A DNA stretch of 32,000 bases from Xylanibacter ruminicola 23 (GCF_000025925.1 NC_014033.1:1140001-1172000); one strand, 5' to 3'. Numbered from the stretch's first letter, positions 7,634 through 17,120 are shown. Notes: generated from the letters alone by a model not told the origin. Made by a program: numbers and translations.

Positions 7634-9583
7634 TCAAATCAGCGTTCCGTACTCCGCGCTGTAGCGCAGCATCTGGTGGGCATAACTTTCGCTGTAGCTT
7701 ACCGTAATGTCGCTTATTTCGCCGTTTTCATCGTAAACGGGCATCAGCTGCGGATTGATAAAGCCCTTGTAAGGTGCCAGGTTCAGCTTCTTGTATCTGT
7801 CTAATACTTCAGCGTGCAGCTCGGCATCTACCTTTACGGCATAACGCTCCACCAGATCGCGGGCAGCCTCGTAGTCACCCTCGCTCTTAATACGCTGAAT
7901 CTCAGCCAGCAAGCGGGCAATCAGCGAGCGCAGTTCGGCATAATCGCTGATCTCAACGTAGGTTTTACCCTCGCGCTTCACCAGCTTGATTACGTCGCCG
8001 TTCTCGTAGCACCAGTGGGCTATCAGTGCGCGGTTACGCATGTGCGCCTCCTCCAGCTGGTTGCCTGGGGTAATACGTATCAGCTGTGTCATCAAGCCAT
8101 TCATCATATACGTATAATACTGCGATTTGTACGCCTCTTCATCGGGTACCAAGCCTAACTCTACCAGCTTCTTGTCGGCTATATAATACAGTCCGAATAG
8201 GTCGGCTCTCGCCTCCTCTATCGTGCTGCTGTAAGCCTTCAGCGCATCGGGATCAACGCCAGGCAACAACTGTCCGCTACCATGACCCAGGCACTCGTGC
8301 AGATCGGTATGCAGGTCGTCGCACACGTCGCCGTATTTCTCAATCAGGTGCAGCGTCTCTTCGTCGCTTACAAACTCCTCCTTGAAACCGCTGCCCTTCG
8401 AAGCCTTGTTATACGCATCGGTAATATTGCTGATGGTAATGCTCTTACTGCCGTAAGCAGCACGAATCCAGTCGGCGTTTGGCAGGTTAATGCCGATGGC
8501 CGTAGCAGGATATTCGTCGCCCCCCAGCATAGCGGCACAAATCACGTTGGCCGATACACCTTTTACTACAGGCTTGCGGAAACGCGAATCTACTGGCGAG
8601 TGATCCTCGAACCACTGGGCGTTCTGGCTGATGGTCTGTGTGCGATGAGTGGCCTCTTCGTCGATATACTCCACCAAGCCTTCCCACGAACCTTTCAGTC
8701 CTAATGGGTCGCCATACACCTCGATGAATCCGTTGATAAAGTCGATTTTCGACTCTTTATCCTGCAGCCATTCTATACAATAGTGATTAAAGAACTGCAA
8801 GTCGCCTGTCAGATAATACATAATCAATAAAGTAATGCTTGATTTCTGCTTATCATTCTCGGCCACATCGTAGGCTTTTCTTAACCAATATATAATATGG
8901 CGGATGGTGTTGCCATACTTGCCGTCGGCTTTCCATACCTGCTCCTTTACTTCGCCGTTCTCCTTTACCAAGGTAGAGTTCAAACCGTACGAAGGTGGTG
9001 TGTCGTGCATTTTGTTCTGCTGCTTCTGCTGCTCGTAAAAAGCTTCGGCTTCGGCCTGTGTCACACCATCGTAGAAGTTCATGGCCGATGTCAGCAGCAA
9101 ATCCTCGCCGTCGGCCTGATTCACACGTTTGGGCATTACCTCTTCGTCGAAGATCAAAGGGAAGAGTTCGTCGCACATCTCGTCGATGGTTTCGCCCGAT
9201 TTCAGTGGCAGCTTGCATGCTTCAACCTGATGCAGTGCCTCGCGCAGATACTCGGCCGAGAATCCTGGCTTGAACTTTTCGCAACCATAGTGGTGGTGAA
9301 TACCACTTGAGAACCACACACGCTTCAGATACACCTCAAGCGCCTTGAAGTCATCGTTATCGTGCGGCATATTCATATCAACATATACAACCTCCAACAT
9401 CTTGCGGATGCGGAGGTTGTATTTACCAAACTGATCAAATGTAATGTCTCGTCCGAACAGTGTCGCTTTCGACAGGTAGTAAACTAACTTTTTCTGCTGT
9501 AACGATAGCTTTTCAAACCCGTTCAAACGATAACGGAGCATTTGCAGATCTGCAAAACGCTCGTCTTGATAGTTAAATCCCAC
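7634..9583 (-). CDS. M49 (dipeptidyl-peptidase III-like) family zinc peptidase
   Basis: 649 aa. HECLGH (HExxGH) and EEARAD (EExRAE/D) are the M49 zinc-binding motifs. The apparent start is GTG at 9581-9583, 2 nt after the upstream stop. The next ATG (9541) would remove the N-terminal FNYQDERFADL segment. Confidence 0.8.
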   Translation of the reverse strand: MGFNYQDERFADLQMLRYRLNGFEKLSLQQKKLVYYLSKATLFGRDITFDQFGKYNLRIRKMLEVVYVDMNMPHDNDDFKALEVYLKRVWFSSGIHHHYGCEKFKPGFSAEYLREALHQVEACKLPLKSGETIDEMCDELFPLIFDEEVMPKRVNQADGEDLLLTSAMNFYDGVTQAEAEAFYEQQKQQNKMHDTPPSYGLNSTLVKENGEVKEQVWKADGKYGNTIRHIIYWLRKAYDVAENDKQKSSITLLIMYYLTGDLQFFNHYCIEWLQDKESKIDFINGFIEVYGDPLGLKGSWEGLVEYIDEEATHRTQTISQNAQWFEDHSPVDSRFRKPVVKGVSANVICAAMLGGDEYPATAIGINLPNADWIRAAYGSKSITISNITDAYNKASKGSGFKEEFVSDEETLHLIEKYGDVCDDLHTDLHECLGHGSGQLLPGVDPDALKAYSSTIEEARADLFGLYYIADKKLVELGLVPDEEAYKSQYYTYMMNGLMTQLIRITPGNQLEEAHMRNRALIAHWCYENGDVIKLVKREGKTYVEISDYAELRSLIARLLAEIQRIKSEGDYEAARDLVERYAVKVDAELHAEVLDRYKKLNLAPYKGFINPQLMPVYDENGEISDITVSYSESYAHQMLRYSAEYGTLI

Positions 9584-9585
9584 GC

Positions 9586-10059
9586 TTATTTTGCATTTTT
9601 GGGTTTGCGACCACGTTTTACGTTTGTTGCCTTCATGGTTGGGTGCTGCTCCAGGTGCTGCAGACGGTAGTCGCGTGGAGTCATACCCATCACGCGATAG
9701 AACGAAGCGTAGAACGACTGGCGGTTAGCAAAACCTACCATATCACTCACCTCCTCCATGCGCAAATCCTGATAGCGCTTGTCAACCAGAATACTCATAG
9801 CCTCGTCGATTCTATACTTATTTACAAACGAAGTATAGTTCATGTGGAAACGAACGTTTACCACAGCCGAGATGTAACGTGTGTTTGTGCCTAAATCCTC
9901 GGCAAGCTTCTTTGCCGAATAATCCTTGTCGCGATACTTCTTCTGCATGACGATGATGTTCATGATTTTTTCCTGCATCTCGTCCATCATTTTGGGACTT
10001 ACCAAACTTCTGTAAGCCGCTGCCTTCTCTTTCTTTTCAATAATGTTGTACTTTGCCAT
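9586..10059 (-). CDS. AraC-family HTH domain protein
   Basis: 157 aa. KKLAEDLGTNTRYISAVV.. and ..VGFANRQSFYASFYRVMGMTPRDYR are the two AraC-type HTH units. No sensor domain is evident. Confidence 0.8.
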   Translation of the reverse strand: MAKYNIIEKKEKAAAYRSLVSPKMMDEMQEKIMNIIVMQKKYRDKDYSAKKLAEDLGTNTRYISAVVNVRFHMNYTSFVNKYRIDEAMSILVDKRYQDLRMEEVSDMVGFANRQSFYASFYRVMGMTPRDYRLQHLEQHPTMKATNVKRGRKPKNAK

Positions 10060-10091
10060 TTGCTTTTTTGACCTTTATTTTTAACGATGTG

Positions 10092-10099
10092 CAAAGATA
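10092..10099 (-). promoter_or_regulatory. -7 promoter box TAtcTTTG for the AraC-like/M49 operon
   Basis: Plus-strand caaagata is tatctttg on the minus strand, 33 nt upstream of ATG 10059. Confidence 0.45.
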
Positions 10100-10153
10100 A
10101 AAACTTTTTTTCATTTAACAAAGACAAATACCGAAAATTTGCAAAAAAAGTAT

Positions 10154-10161
10154 TACCTTTG
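10154..10161 (+). promoter_or_regulatory. -7 promoter box TAccTTTG for recQ
   Basis: tacctttg lies 19 nt upstream of ATG 10180, divergent from the AraC-like promoter. Confidence 0.5.
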
Positions 10162-10179
10162 CCGAAAAATTGAAAAAAT

Positions 10180-12003
10180 ATGGATATTTTTGGCATTTTA
10201 CGACAATATTTCGGCTATTCTTCCTTCCGTCAGAACCAAGAAGAAATCATCCGCCACGTGATTGCGGGCAATGATGCGTTGGTGCTCATGCCTACGGGTG
10301 GAGGTAAAAGTATTTGCTATCAGATTCCCGCTTTGGCGCTGCCTGGCATTACCATCGTTATCTCGCCGCTCATCAGCTTGATGAAGGATCAGGTCGAGAC
10401 GCTGCGTTCGAATGGTATCGAGGCCGAAGCCCTGAACAGTGGAAACGACCCCACGCTGGATACCGTGATTCGTCGCAAATGCTTAGCCGGACAGATAAAA
10501 CTGCTGTATATATCACCCGAGAAACTGCTGGCCGAGATGGATTATTTTATGCAGCATCTGCAGATATCGCTCTTTGCCATCGACGAGGCCCACTGCATCA
10601 GTCATTGGGGTCATGATTTCCGTCCCGAATATACCCAGTTGGGTGTGCTGCGCGAAAAATTTCCCAATGTGCCCATGATGGCATTAACGGCCACCGCCGA
10701 TAAGATTACCCGCCAAGATATTCTTACGCAACTTAAACTAAGGAACGCGCGCGAGTTTGTGTCAAGCTTCGATCGCCCCAACCTTAGTTTGTCGGTAAAA
10801 AGAGGCTACAAATCGGCCGAGAAAATGCACTTTATTCTCAACTTCATCAAGGCGCGCCCCAACGATGCAGGCATCATCTACTGTCTCAGTCGTAAAACCA
10901 CCGAGAAGGTAGCTGCCGACCTGCGTAAAAAAGGTATCAACGCCGCTGCCTATCATGCCGGTTTGTCGTCGTTAGAGCGCAGTCAGACGCAAGAGCAGTT
11001 CAAGAACGATCAGCTGCTGGTGGTATGCGCCACCATCGCCTTTGGTATGGGTATCGATAAGAGCAACGTGCGCTGGGTAATCCATTACAACATGCCCAAA
11101 AGCATCGAGAGTTTTTATCAGGAGATTGGTCGTGCCGGTCGCGATGGTGCCCCCGCCGATACCGTGCTGTTCTACTCGCTGGCCGATATCATCCAACTTA
11201 CTGAGTTTGCTCGTCAGAGTGGTCAGCAGGATGTGAATATGGACAAGCTGAAACGCATGCAGGAGTATGCCGAATCCAACGTGTGCCGCCGCCGCATACT
11301 GTTGAACTATTTTAGTGAGCAGACCGACCACGACTGCGGCAACTGCGATGTGTGCGACAACCCACCCCAGCGCTTTGACGGCACCCGTTATGTGCAGATG
11401 GCCCTGAGCGCCGCCAAACGTGCCAACGAGGATATCCGCATTTCAACCATCATCGAGATTCTGAAAGGTATGCGCTCGCCTGCTGTGATGCGCCAGGGGT
11501 TCGACCGCCTGAAAACCTTTGGTGTGGGACATGACCTGAGCCTGACCGACTGGCAGGACTATCTGTTGCAGATGCTGCAGATGGGCTTTATCGAGATAGC
11601 CTATAACGATGGCAACAAGGTAAAGGTAACCGCCATTGGCGACGATGTGCTTTACGGTCGAAAACCCGCCCAGTTGTGTGTGGTAGATCATAGCGCCAAA
11701 GAGGCACCTAAGAAGAAACCCAAGTTGCGTTTGGAGATACCCACCATCACCATCCCCGGATTGCCCCCAACCACCGGTATCGAGGATCCCAAACTGTTCG
11801 AAGCCCTCCGTCAGCTGCGCAAGCAGTGTGCCGAAGAAGAAGGCTTTCCTCCATACATCGTTTTCAGCGATAAGGTGCTCCATTCATTGGCCACCATCAA
11901 GCCCACCTCGCTGGCTCAGTTTGGCAACATCCAGGGCATCGGCGAGCACAAAAAAGGCAAGTATGGCGAACGTTTTGTATCGCTCATCCAAAAGTACGTT
12001 TAA
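10180..12003 (+). CDS. recQ: ATP-dependent DNA helicase RecQ
   Basis: 607 aa. It has MPTGGGKS, FAIDEAHCISHWGHDFRPEY (DEAH), the Zn-binding CRRRILLNYF..CGNCDVC, and a C-terminal HRDC (LFEALRQLRKQCAEEEGFPPYIVFSD). Confidence 0.95.
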   Translation: MDIFGILRQYFGYSSFRQNQEEIIRHVIAGNDALVLMPTGGGKSICYQIPALALPGITIVISPLISLMKDQVETLRSNGIEAEALNSGNDPTLDTVIRRKCLAGQIKLLYISPEKLLAEMDYFMQHLQISLFAIDEAHCISHWGHDFRPEYTQLGVLREKFPNVPMMALTATADKITRQDILTQLKLRNAREFVSSFDRPNLSLSVKRGYKSAEKMHFILNFIKARPNDAGIIYCLSRKTTEKVAADLRKKGINAAAYHAGLSSLERSQTQEQFKNDQLLVVCATIAFGMGIDKSNVRWVIHYNMPKSIESFYQEIGRAGRDGAPADTVLFYSLADIIQLTEFARQSGQQDVNMDKLKRMQEYAESNVCRRRILLNYFSEQTDHDCGNCDVCDNPPQRFDGTRYVQMALSAAKRANEDIRISTIIEILKGMRSPAVMRQGFDRLKTFGVGHDLSLTDWQDYLLQMLQMGFIEIAYNDGNKVKVTAIGDDVLYGRKPAQLCVVDHSAKEAPKKKPKLRLEIPTITIPGLPPTTGIEDPKLFEALRQLRKQCAEEEGFPPYIVFSDKVLHSLATIKPTSLAQFGNIQGIGEHKKGKYGERFVSLIQKYV

Positions 12004-12122
12004 GGGCGTTTTTTACACCTTATTTATAATAAAAGCAACAAAGAAACTAAAAAAAGGGGCATAAAGTGCCTAATTTTTGCTAAAAACGAGCACAAATTCG
12101 CATTTTTGTGCAAAAATATTAG

Positions 12123-12130
12123 TACCTTTG
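12123..12130 (+). promoter_or_regulatory. -7 promoter box TAccTTTG for the glycogen-synthase-like operon
   Basis: tacctttg lies 21 nt upstream of ATG 12151. Confidence 0.5.
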
Positions 12131-12150
12131 CATGGTAAAATCATCCAAAG

Positions 12151-12966
12151 ATGGCTAAAAAGAAGATACTATTTATCAATCAGGAGATCACTCCTTACGT
12201 CCCCGACAATGCATTGTCACTCATGGGAAAGAACCTTCCAAAGGTTATGCAGGAACGCAGTCACGAGATTCGTACCTTCATGCCAAAGTGGGGTAATATT
12301 AATGAGCGTCGTGGTCAGTTACACGAAGTCATCCGACTTTCGGGTATGAACCTTATCATTAACGACACCGATCACCCTCTTATCATCAAGGTTGCCTCAA
12401 TCCAGTCTGCTCGTGTGCAGGTGTATTTCATCGATAACGACGATTACTTTGGTAAGCGCCTGATAGAGCGCGACGAGCAAGGTGTAGAGTACGACGATAA
12501 TGGCGAGCGTGCTATTTTCTTTGCACGTGGTGTACTCGAAACCGTTAAGAAGCTGCGCTGGGTGCCCGATATCATTCACTGTCAGGGTTGGATGGCTGGC
12601 GTAGTGCCTTTCTATGTAAAGACCGCCTATCGCGACGAGCCTTCGTTTGCCGAGACCAAGGTTGTAACCTCGCTTTACAATAAGAGCATCGAGAAGGATT
12701 TCGGTTCTGATTTCAAGCAGTTCATGGAGTTCCGCGATGCCAAGCCCGAGTTGCTTACCGATTATAAGGATACATTCGACTTCGACGAGTTAGGTAAGTT
12801 GGCAATCGACTATAGCGATGGTGTTATCCAGGCTGTGCCCGATGCAAGCAAGGTGCTTTGCGATTATGCAGCAGCCAAGAACAAGCCACTGCTCGGTTAT
12901 CAGGAGGACTTTGGCGATGCCTACGAGGCATTCTATGAGTCGCTGTATGCCGACGAGGCCAAGTAA
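12151..12966 (+). CDS. short glycogen/starch synthase-like protein (N-terminal GT5-type half only)
   Basis: 271 aa. KILFINQEITPYVP.. and ..PDIIHCQGWMAG resemble the starch-synthase catalytic N-domain. No C-terminal GT1 half is encoded. Confidence 0.7.
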   Translation: MAKKKILFINQEITPYVPDNALSLMGKNLPKVMQERSHEIRTFMPKWGNINERRGQLHEVIRLSGMNLIINDTDHPLIIKVASIQSARVQVYFIDNDDYFGKRLIERDEQGVEYDDNGERAIFFARGVLETVKKLRWVPDIIHCQGWMAGVVPFYVKTAYRDEPSFAETKVVTSLYNKSIEKDFGSDFKQFMEFRDAKPELLTDYKDTFDFDELGKLAIDYSDGVIQAVPDASKVLCDYAAAKNKPLLGYQEDFGDAYEAFYESLYADEAK

Positions 12967-12993
12967 GAGAAATAAAGTCCAAAACAACGATAC

Positions 12994-14454
12994 ATGAAAC
13001 TTAGATTGTTTACAGCGATTGCAATCACCGCAATGGCGATGGCGTCTTGTAGCGAGGATACCGAAACTATCGGCTCGTCGATTACCAACGAGAGCGATAA
13101 GATGGTGTTCTCTACTGGTGTGTACCAGGCTACCTCACGTTCCATCATGGCCGATTCGGTATATTCAAAAACCTTTGATTGCTATTTCGGAAAGGTAAAG
13201 GATCCTGAGACCAACTCGTACGTAAAGAACGAGTTTATGGCTCAGTTTAATATGCTCGAAGGCTTTTCACTGCCCGATAAGAGCACCATTCTTAGCGAGA
13301 GCGATGGTGATATCGCTGCCGACTCGTGCGAAATCTGGCTCATCTTCGACCGTAGCAAGTGCTATGGCGACTCGCTCACACCACTCAAGGTAAAGGTTAA
13401 GGAGCTGGCTGTGCCCGTCGAGGATGGTTCGTACTACAGCAATTTCGACCCCGTTGTCGAGGGCTATGTACGTAAGGATGGCATCAACAAGAGTTCGTCG
13501 TTCGCACTCTCAAACCTGCACTTCTCCGATAGTCTTCGCAGCACATCAGGTTACGCCGAGTTTGCAAGCATTTCGCTCAACGATCCTTATACCGATAAGG
13601 ACGGCAATACCTATAATAACTTTGGCACCTATCTCATGCGCCAGTATTATTCTAACCCTGAGAAGTTCAAGAATGCCTACACCTTTATCCACACATTGGT
13701 TCCTGGCTTCAACTTCGAGGTGTCGGATGGTCTGGGTGTGATGGCCAATATCAGTCAGATCGACCTGGTTTCGCAGTTCCGCTATAAGGAGGAAGATTCT
13801 ACTTACACAGCCTCTATCTATCTGTCGTCGACTCCCGAGGTATTGCAGACTTCACATATCGAGAACGATAAGGCAGCGCTTAACCGCCTGGTAGCCGACA
13901 ACAGCTGCACTTACCTCAAGTCGCCTGCTGGCATCTTTACCGAGGTAACACTGCCTGTTGACGATATCTCGCTGGCTCATGCCAACGACTCACTGCTGTC
14001 GGTAAGCGTTACTTTCGAGCGCGAGAACAGTGGTGTACAGAACACCAAGTACCCCATCGGCACCCCACAGAATATTCTGATGGTGCAGAAGGATAGCCTG
14101 TACTCGTTCTTCGAGAATAAGACCATGTACGATTACACCACATCATTTATGGCCACACTCAGCTCCAATGCTTACACCTTTAGTAATATTGGTAACCTGA
14201 TTACACAGATGGCACGCCAGAAGGCCGAGGGCCTGAAGAGCGATGCTGCCTGGGAGGCCAAGCACCCCGATTGGAACAAGGTGGTACTGGTACCAGTTGC
14301 TACCACCAGCAAGACATCTTACGATAGCTACGGCTATAGCACCACAGTTATCTCGGATGTTCACAACCAGCTCGGACTCTCAAGTACCAAGCTTGTAGGT
14401 GGTGCTAACTCGCCTATCGAGGTAAAGGTAATCTATGCCAAATTTAAGCAGTAA
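12994..14454 (+). CDS. lipoprotein, DUF4270-like by context
   Basis: 486 aa. MKLRLFTAIAITAMAMASCSED is a lipoprotein signal. A DUF4270 protein follows the short glycogen synthase gene in Bacteroides genomes as I recall. The family assignment is not verifiable here. Confidence 0.6.
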   Translation: MKLRLFTAIAITAMAMASCSEDTETIGSSITNESDKMVFSTGVYQATSRSIMADSVYSKTFDCYFGKVKDPETNSYVKNEFMAQFNMLEGFSLPDKSTILSESDGDIAADSCEIWLIFDRSKCYGDSLTPLKVKVKELAVPVEDGSYYSNFDPVVEGYVRKDGINKSSSFALSNLHFSDSLRSTSGYAEFASISLNDPYTDKDGNTYNNFGTYLMRQYYSNPEKFKNAYTFIHTLVPGFNFEVSDGLGVMANISQIDLVSQFRYKEEDSTYTASIYLSSTPEVLQTSHIENDKAALNRLVADNSCTYLKSPAGIFTEVTLPVDDISLAHANDSLLSVSVTFERENSGVQNTKYPIGTPQNILMVQKDSLYSFFENKTMYDYTTSFMATLSSNAYTFSNIGNLITQMARQKAEGLKSDAAWEAKHPDWNKVVLVPVATTSKTSYDSYGYSTTVISDVHNQLGLSSTKLVGGANSPIEVKVIYAKFKQ

Positions 14455-14460
14455 ACAGAT

Positions 14461-14592
14461 ATGGCCGACGGATTTTTAGAGAAGCATCACGAGGATTACG
14501 AAGCCCGCAAGGCGGCTTGGATCCGGAAGAAGAAGCATCTGCCGAAAGCCGGTAAAAGACAAATAGAGCGACCCGATGACGAGTCGCTCTAA
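14461..14592 (+). CDS. small conserved-looking basic protein (43 aa), below the ORF-track cutoff
   Basis: ATG 14461 to TAA 14590-14592 gives MADGFLEKHHEDYEARKAAWIRKKKHLPKAGKRQIERPDDESL. It starts 6 nt after the upstream stop and ends inside a terminator hairpin. It resembles small Bacteroidales proteins I recall, but that memory is not firm. Confidence 0.4.
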   Translation: MADGFLEKHHEDYEARKAAWIRKKKHLPKAGKRQIERPDDESL

Positions 14593-14598
14593 TTTTTT
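14565..14598 (+). terminator. bidirectional intrinsic terminator between the convergent lipoprotein operon and the uvrD-like gene
   Basis: 8-bp stem agagcgac / gtcgctct (14565-14572 / 14583-14590) followed by TTTTTT at 14593-14598. Confidence 0.6.
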
Positions 14599-14614
14599 AT
14601 GCTTGGCGTAAGCC

Positions 14615-17044
14615 TTAACCTATCACCTTGAACTTAGCAAATTTCAGCAGCAGCTGCTTGGTGCCCGCATTGGTAAATTCTACCGTTGCCTTGGTGTTCT
14701 CACCCGTACCCTCTATACGTACCACCGTACCCACACCAAAGCGCATGTGCTCTATACGTGCCCCCTCGCGCAGGTCGCTTGCACTCGGGTCGCTCGCCAT
14801 GGGTCGTGGTGCCACCGCGTTATACACACGCTTAAAGTTGGCACCAAACGGGTTCACGGGCTTTTCTGGCTGTCGTGGAGCCACCGCTCTCGGCTTCGGG
14901 TCGGCCTTAAACTGCGTGGCCACCGGGCGTGGGTTCTGCATCCACTCCGGGCCCTCGCTCTCATACCTGCTGCTTCGGCTGTAACCACCTGTGGTACCAG
15001 TGCCGTAAGCCCCGCCATCGTAGCGGTTGTAAGCCTTACGCTGGGGCGCACCAAAGCTGCCTGCCCCACCCGCCTCGCTGTGTACCTGCAGCAGTTCTGG
15101 GTCGATATCACGTATAAAGCGCGATGGTGTGTCGTACTCCATACGTCCGTAGCGGAATCGGTTCTGTGCACAGGTCAATATACAGTGCTTCTCCGCTCGT
15201 GTAATCGCCACGTACAGCAGGCGTCGCTCCTCCTCCAGTTCGCGCATCGAATTGGTACACATCGGACTTGGGAAGATGTTTTCCTCCAGTCCCACCACAA
15301 ACACCGTTGGGAACTCCAGTCCCTTGGCAGCGTGTACCGTCATCAGCACCACCTTATCGTTGCTGTCGCCATCGTCGCTGTCCAGATCCGTCAGCAGTGC
15401 CACCTCCTGCAGGAAATCAGGCAGATACACCTCGTCGCCCATATCCTCCTCGCGTCGACTCTCCACAAAGTCCTGTATACCACCTAAGAACTCCTCCAGG
15501 TTCTCCTGTCGCGATATGTCCTCAGGGTTGCGTCCGCTGTAGATGTCCTTGCTGATGCCCGAGTTCATAATGATATCGTGGCCCAGCGTGTAGGCATCCT
15601 CCGTTTGCAGGCGCTCTATCCAGCCCTCTATCAGCTGGCGGAAGTTCTGTATCTTCGTCATCGTGCCCTTGCTCACGTCCATCGGGAACAGCACTGGGTC
15701 CTTTATTACCCGCCACAAGCTTACCCCGTAAGCCTGCGCCGTTTGTATGATTTTGCCCACCGTGGTGTCGCCAATGCCGCGCGCCGGGTAGTTGATAATG
15801 CGCTTAAAGGCCTCCTCGTCATCCGGGTTCGCTATCAGGCGGAAGTAGGCTATCACATCCTTTATTTCCTTACGCTGGTAAAAGCTCAGTCCGCCGTAAA
15901 TGCGGTATGGTATGCCGTCTTTGCGCATCTGCTCCTCAAAGCTTCGGCTTTGCGAGTTAGTGCGGTACAGTATCGCAAAGTCGCTCCAGTTGCAGTTGTC
16001 CTGTCGTTTCAGCTTCTTAATGTCCTGAGTCACTATCAGTGCCTCCTCACGGTCGCTGTAGGCAGGCTTCAGCTGCAGTTTTTCTCCATGCTCGTTTTTC
16101 GAGAACACGTTCTTCGGTATCTGTCGCTCGTTGCGTCGTATCAGCGAGTTTGCTGCCTGTACTATCAGCTGTGTCGATCGGTAGTTCTGCTCCAGCTTAA
16201 ACAGCTTGGCATTGTTATACTGGCTTTGGAAATTCAGAATGTTATCAATGTTGGCACCACGAAAGCTGTAGATACTCTGCGCATCATCGCCCACCACGCA
16301 CACCTTCTGTCGCTCCTTGGTAAGCTGATACACAATCGATTGCTGCGCGTAGTTCGTGTCCTGATACTCATCCACCAGCACAAACCCGAATTTCTCTACG
16401 TATTTCTGTCTTACCTCCTCGTTCTTCTCAAACAGCACCCATGTCTGCACCAACAGGTCGTCAAAGTCCATCGCATTCGCCTGTCGGCAACGCTCCGCAT
16501 ACCTTATATATATATTGGCCACCTGCGGGCGCTTCTGTGTGGCATCATCCGCAGCCCAGGCACTCTGTTGGTACGCCTGCGGCAACAGCAAGTGGTTTTT
16601 GGCCAGCGATATACGGTCGGCCACCGATGATGGCTTGTACACCTTGTCATCCAGTCCCATCTCTTTAATGATGGTCTTCACCAGCGATCGTGCATCCGTT
16701 TGGTCGTAAATCGTAAAGTTCGCGTTGTAACCTATCTTATCCGCTTCGACCCTCAGTATGCGTGCAAACACACTGTGGAAGGTACCCATCTGCAGGTAGC
16801 GAGCCTGCTCCTCGCCTACCAGCCGTCCTATACGGTCCTTCATCTCACGTGCCGCCTTGTTGGTAAATGTCAGCGCCAGTATCTGCCAGGGCTTCATCCC
16901 CTGTTCCAGCAGCCAGGCAATCTTATACGTCAGCACACGTGTTTTACCCGATCCTGCACCAGCAATCACCAGACTCGCGCCGTCGCAGTACTCCACTGCA
17001 ACGCGCTGACTGTCATTTAGTTCGCGTAGTATATCGATGTTCAT
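14615..17044 (-). CDS. UvrD/PcrA/Rep-family ATP-dependent DNA helicase with low-complexity linker and C-terminal Tudor-like domain
   Basis: 809 aa. It has AGAGSGKT, VDEYQDTN and MTVHAAKGLEFP. A G/Y/S/P-rich linker precedes the C-terminal GARIEHMRFGVGTVV..VEF module. Confidence 0.9.
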   Translation of the reverse strand: MNIDILRELNDSQRVAVEYCDGASLVIAGAGSGKTRVLTYKIAWLLEQGMKPWQILALTFTNKAAREMKDRIGRLVGEEQARYLQMGTFHSVFARILRVEADKIGYNANFTIYDQTDARSLVKTIIKEMGLDDKVYKPSSVADRISLAKNHLLLPQAYQQSAWAADDATQKRPQVANIYIRYAERCRQANAMDFDDLLVQTWVLFEKNEEVRQKYVEKFGFVLVDEYQDTNYAQQSIVYQLTKERQKVCVVGDDAQSIYSFRGANIDNILNFQSQYNNAKLFKLEQNYRSTQLIVQAANSLIRRNERQIPKNVFSKNEHGEKLQLKPAYSDREEALIVTQDIKKLKRQDNCNWSDFAILYRTNSQSRSFEEQMRKDGIPYRIYGGLSFYQRKEIKDVIAYFRLIANPDDEEAFKRIINYPARGIGDTTVGKIIQTAQAYGVSLWRVIKDPVLFPMDVSKGTMTKIQNFRQLIEGWIERLQTEDAYTLGHDIIMNSGISKDIYSGRNPEDISRQENLEEFLGGIQDFVESRREEDMGDEVYLPDFLQEVALLTDLDSDDGDSNDKVVLMTVHAAKGLEFPTVFVVGLEENIFPSPMCTNSMRELEEERRLLYVAITRAEKHCILTCAQNRFRYGRMEYDTPSRFIRDIDPELLQVHSEAGGAGSFGAPQRKAYNRYDGGAYGTGTTGGYSRSSRYESEGPEWMQNPRPVATQFKADPKPRAVAPRQPEKPVNPFGANFKRVYNAVAPRPMASDPSASDLREGARIEHMRFGVGTVVRIEGTGENTKATVEFTNAGTKQLLLKFAKFKVIG

Positions 17045-17070
17045 TCTTATCCTTTCTTGTATTGCAGATG

Positions 17071-17078
17071 CAAAGATA
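17071..17078 (-). promoter_or_regulatory. -7 promoter box TAtcTTTG for the uvrD-like gene
   Basis: Plus-strand caaagata is tatctttg on the minus strand, 27 nt upstream of ATG 17044. Confidence 0.45.
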
Positions 17079-17080
17079 CG

Positions 17081-17120
17081 AAAAAAGCCGAAAGCAAAAA
17101 AACTTTCGGCTCTATTTTTT
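17081..17120 (-). terminator. strong intrinsic terminator after the M15 peptidase gene, at the core/accessory boundary
   Basis: 9-bp stem agccgaaag / ctttcggct (17086-17094 / 17103-17111) with an 8-nt loop. T-runs follow on both strands. Confidence 0.7.

Noticed and set aside
8853-9310. Arg-rich 92- to 137-aa ORFs on both strands
   Set aside because: They lie inside the M49 peptidase gene in other frames, and their composition is not protein-like.
12055-12111. Two weak hairpins after recQ (ggca/tgcc plus T5 at 12058-12078; gcacaaa/tttgtgc at 12090-12111)
   Set aside because: The stems are short or AT-rich. The second has its T-run on the wrong strand for recQ. This is too weak to call a terminator with confidence.
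14747-16630. 246-aa and 350-aa plus-strand ORFs (14747-15487, 15578-16630) and several R/P-rich ORFs
   Set aside because: All are antisense or off-frame within the well-supported uvrD-like helicase gene. They are an artefact of GC-rich codon usage.
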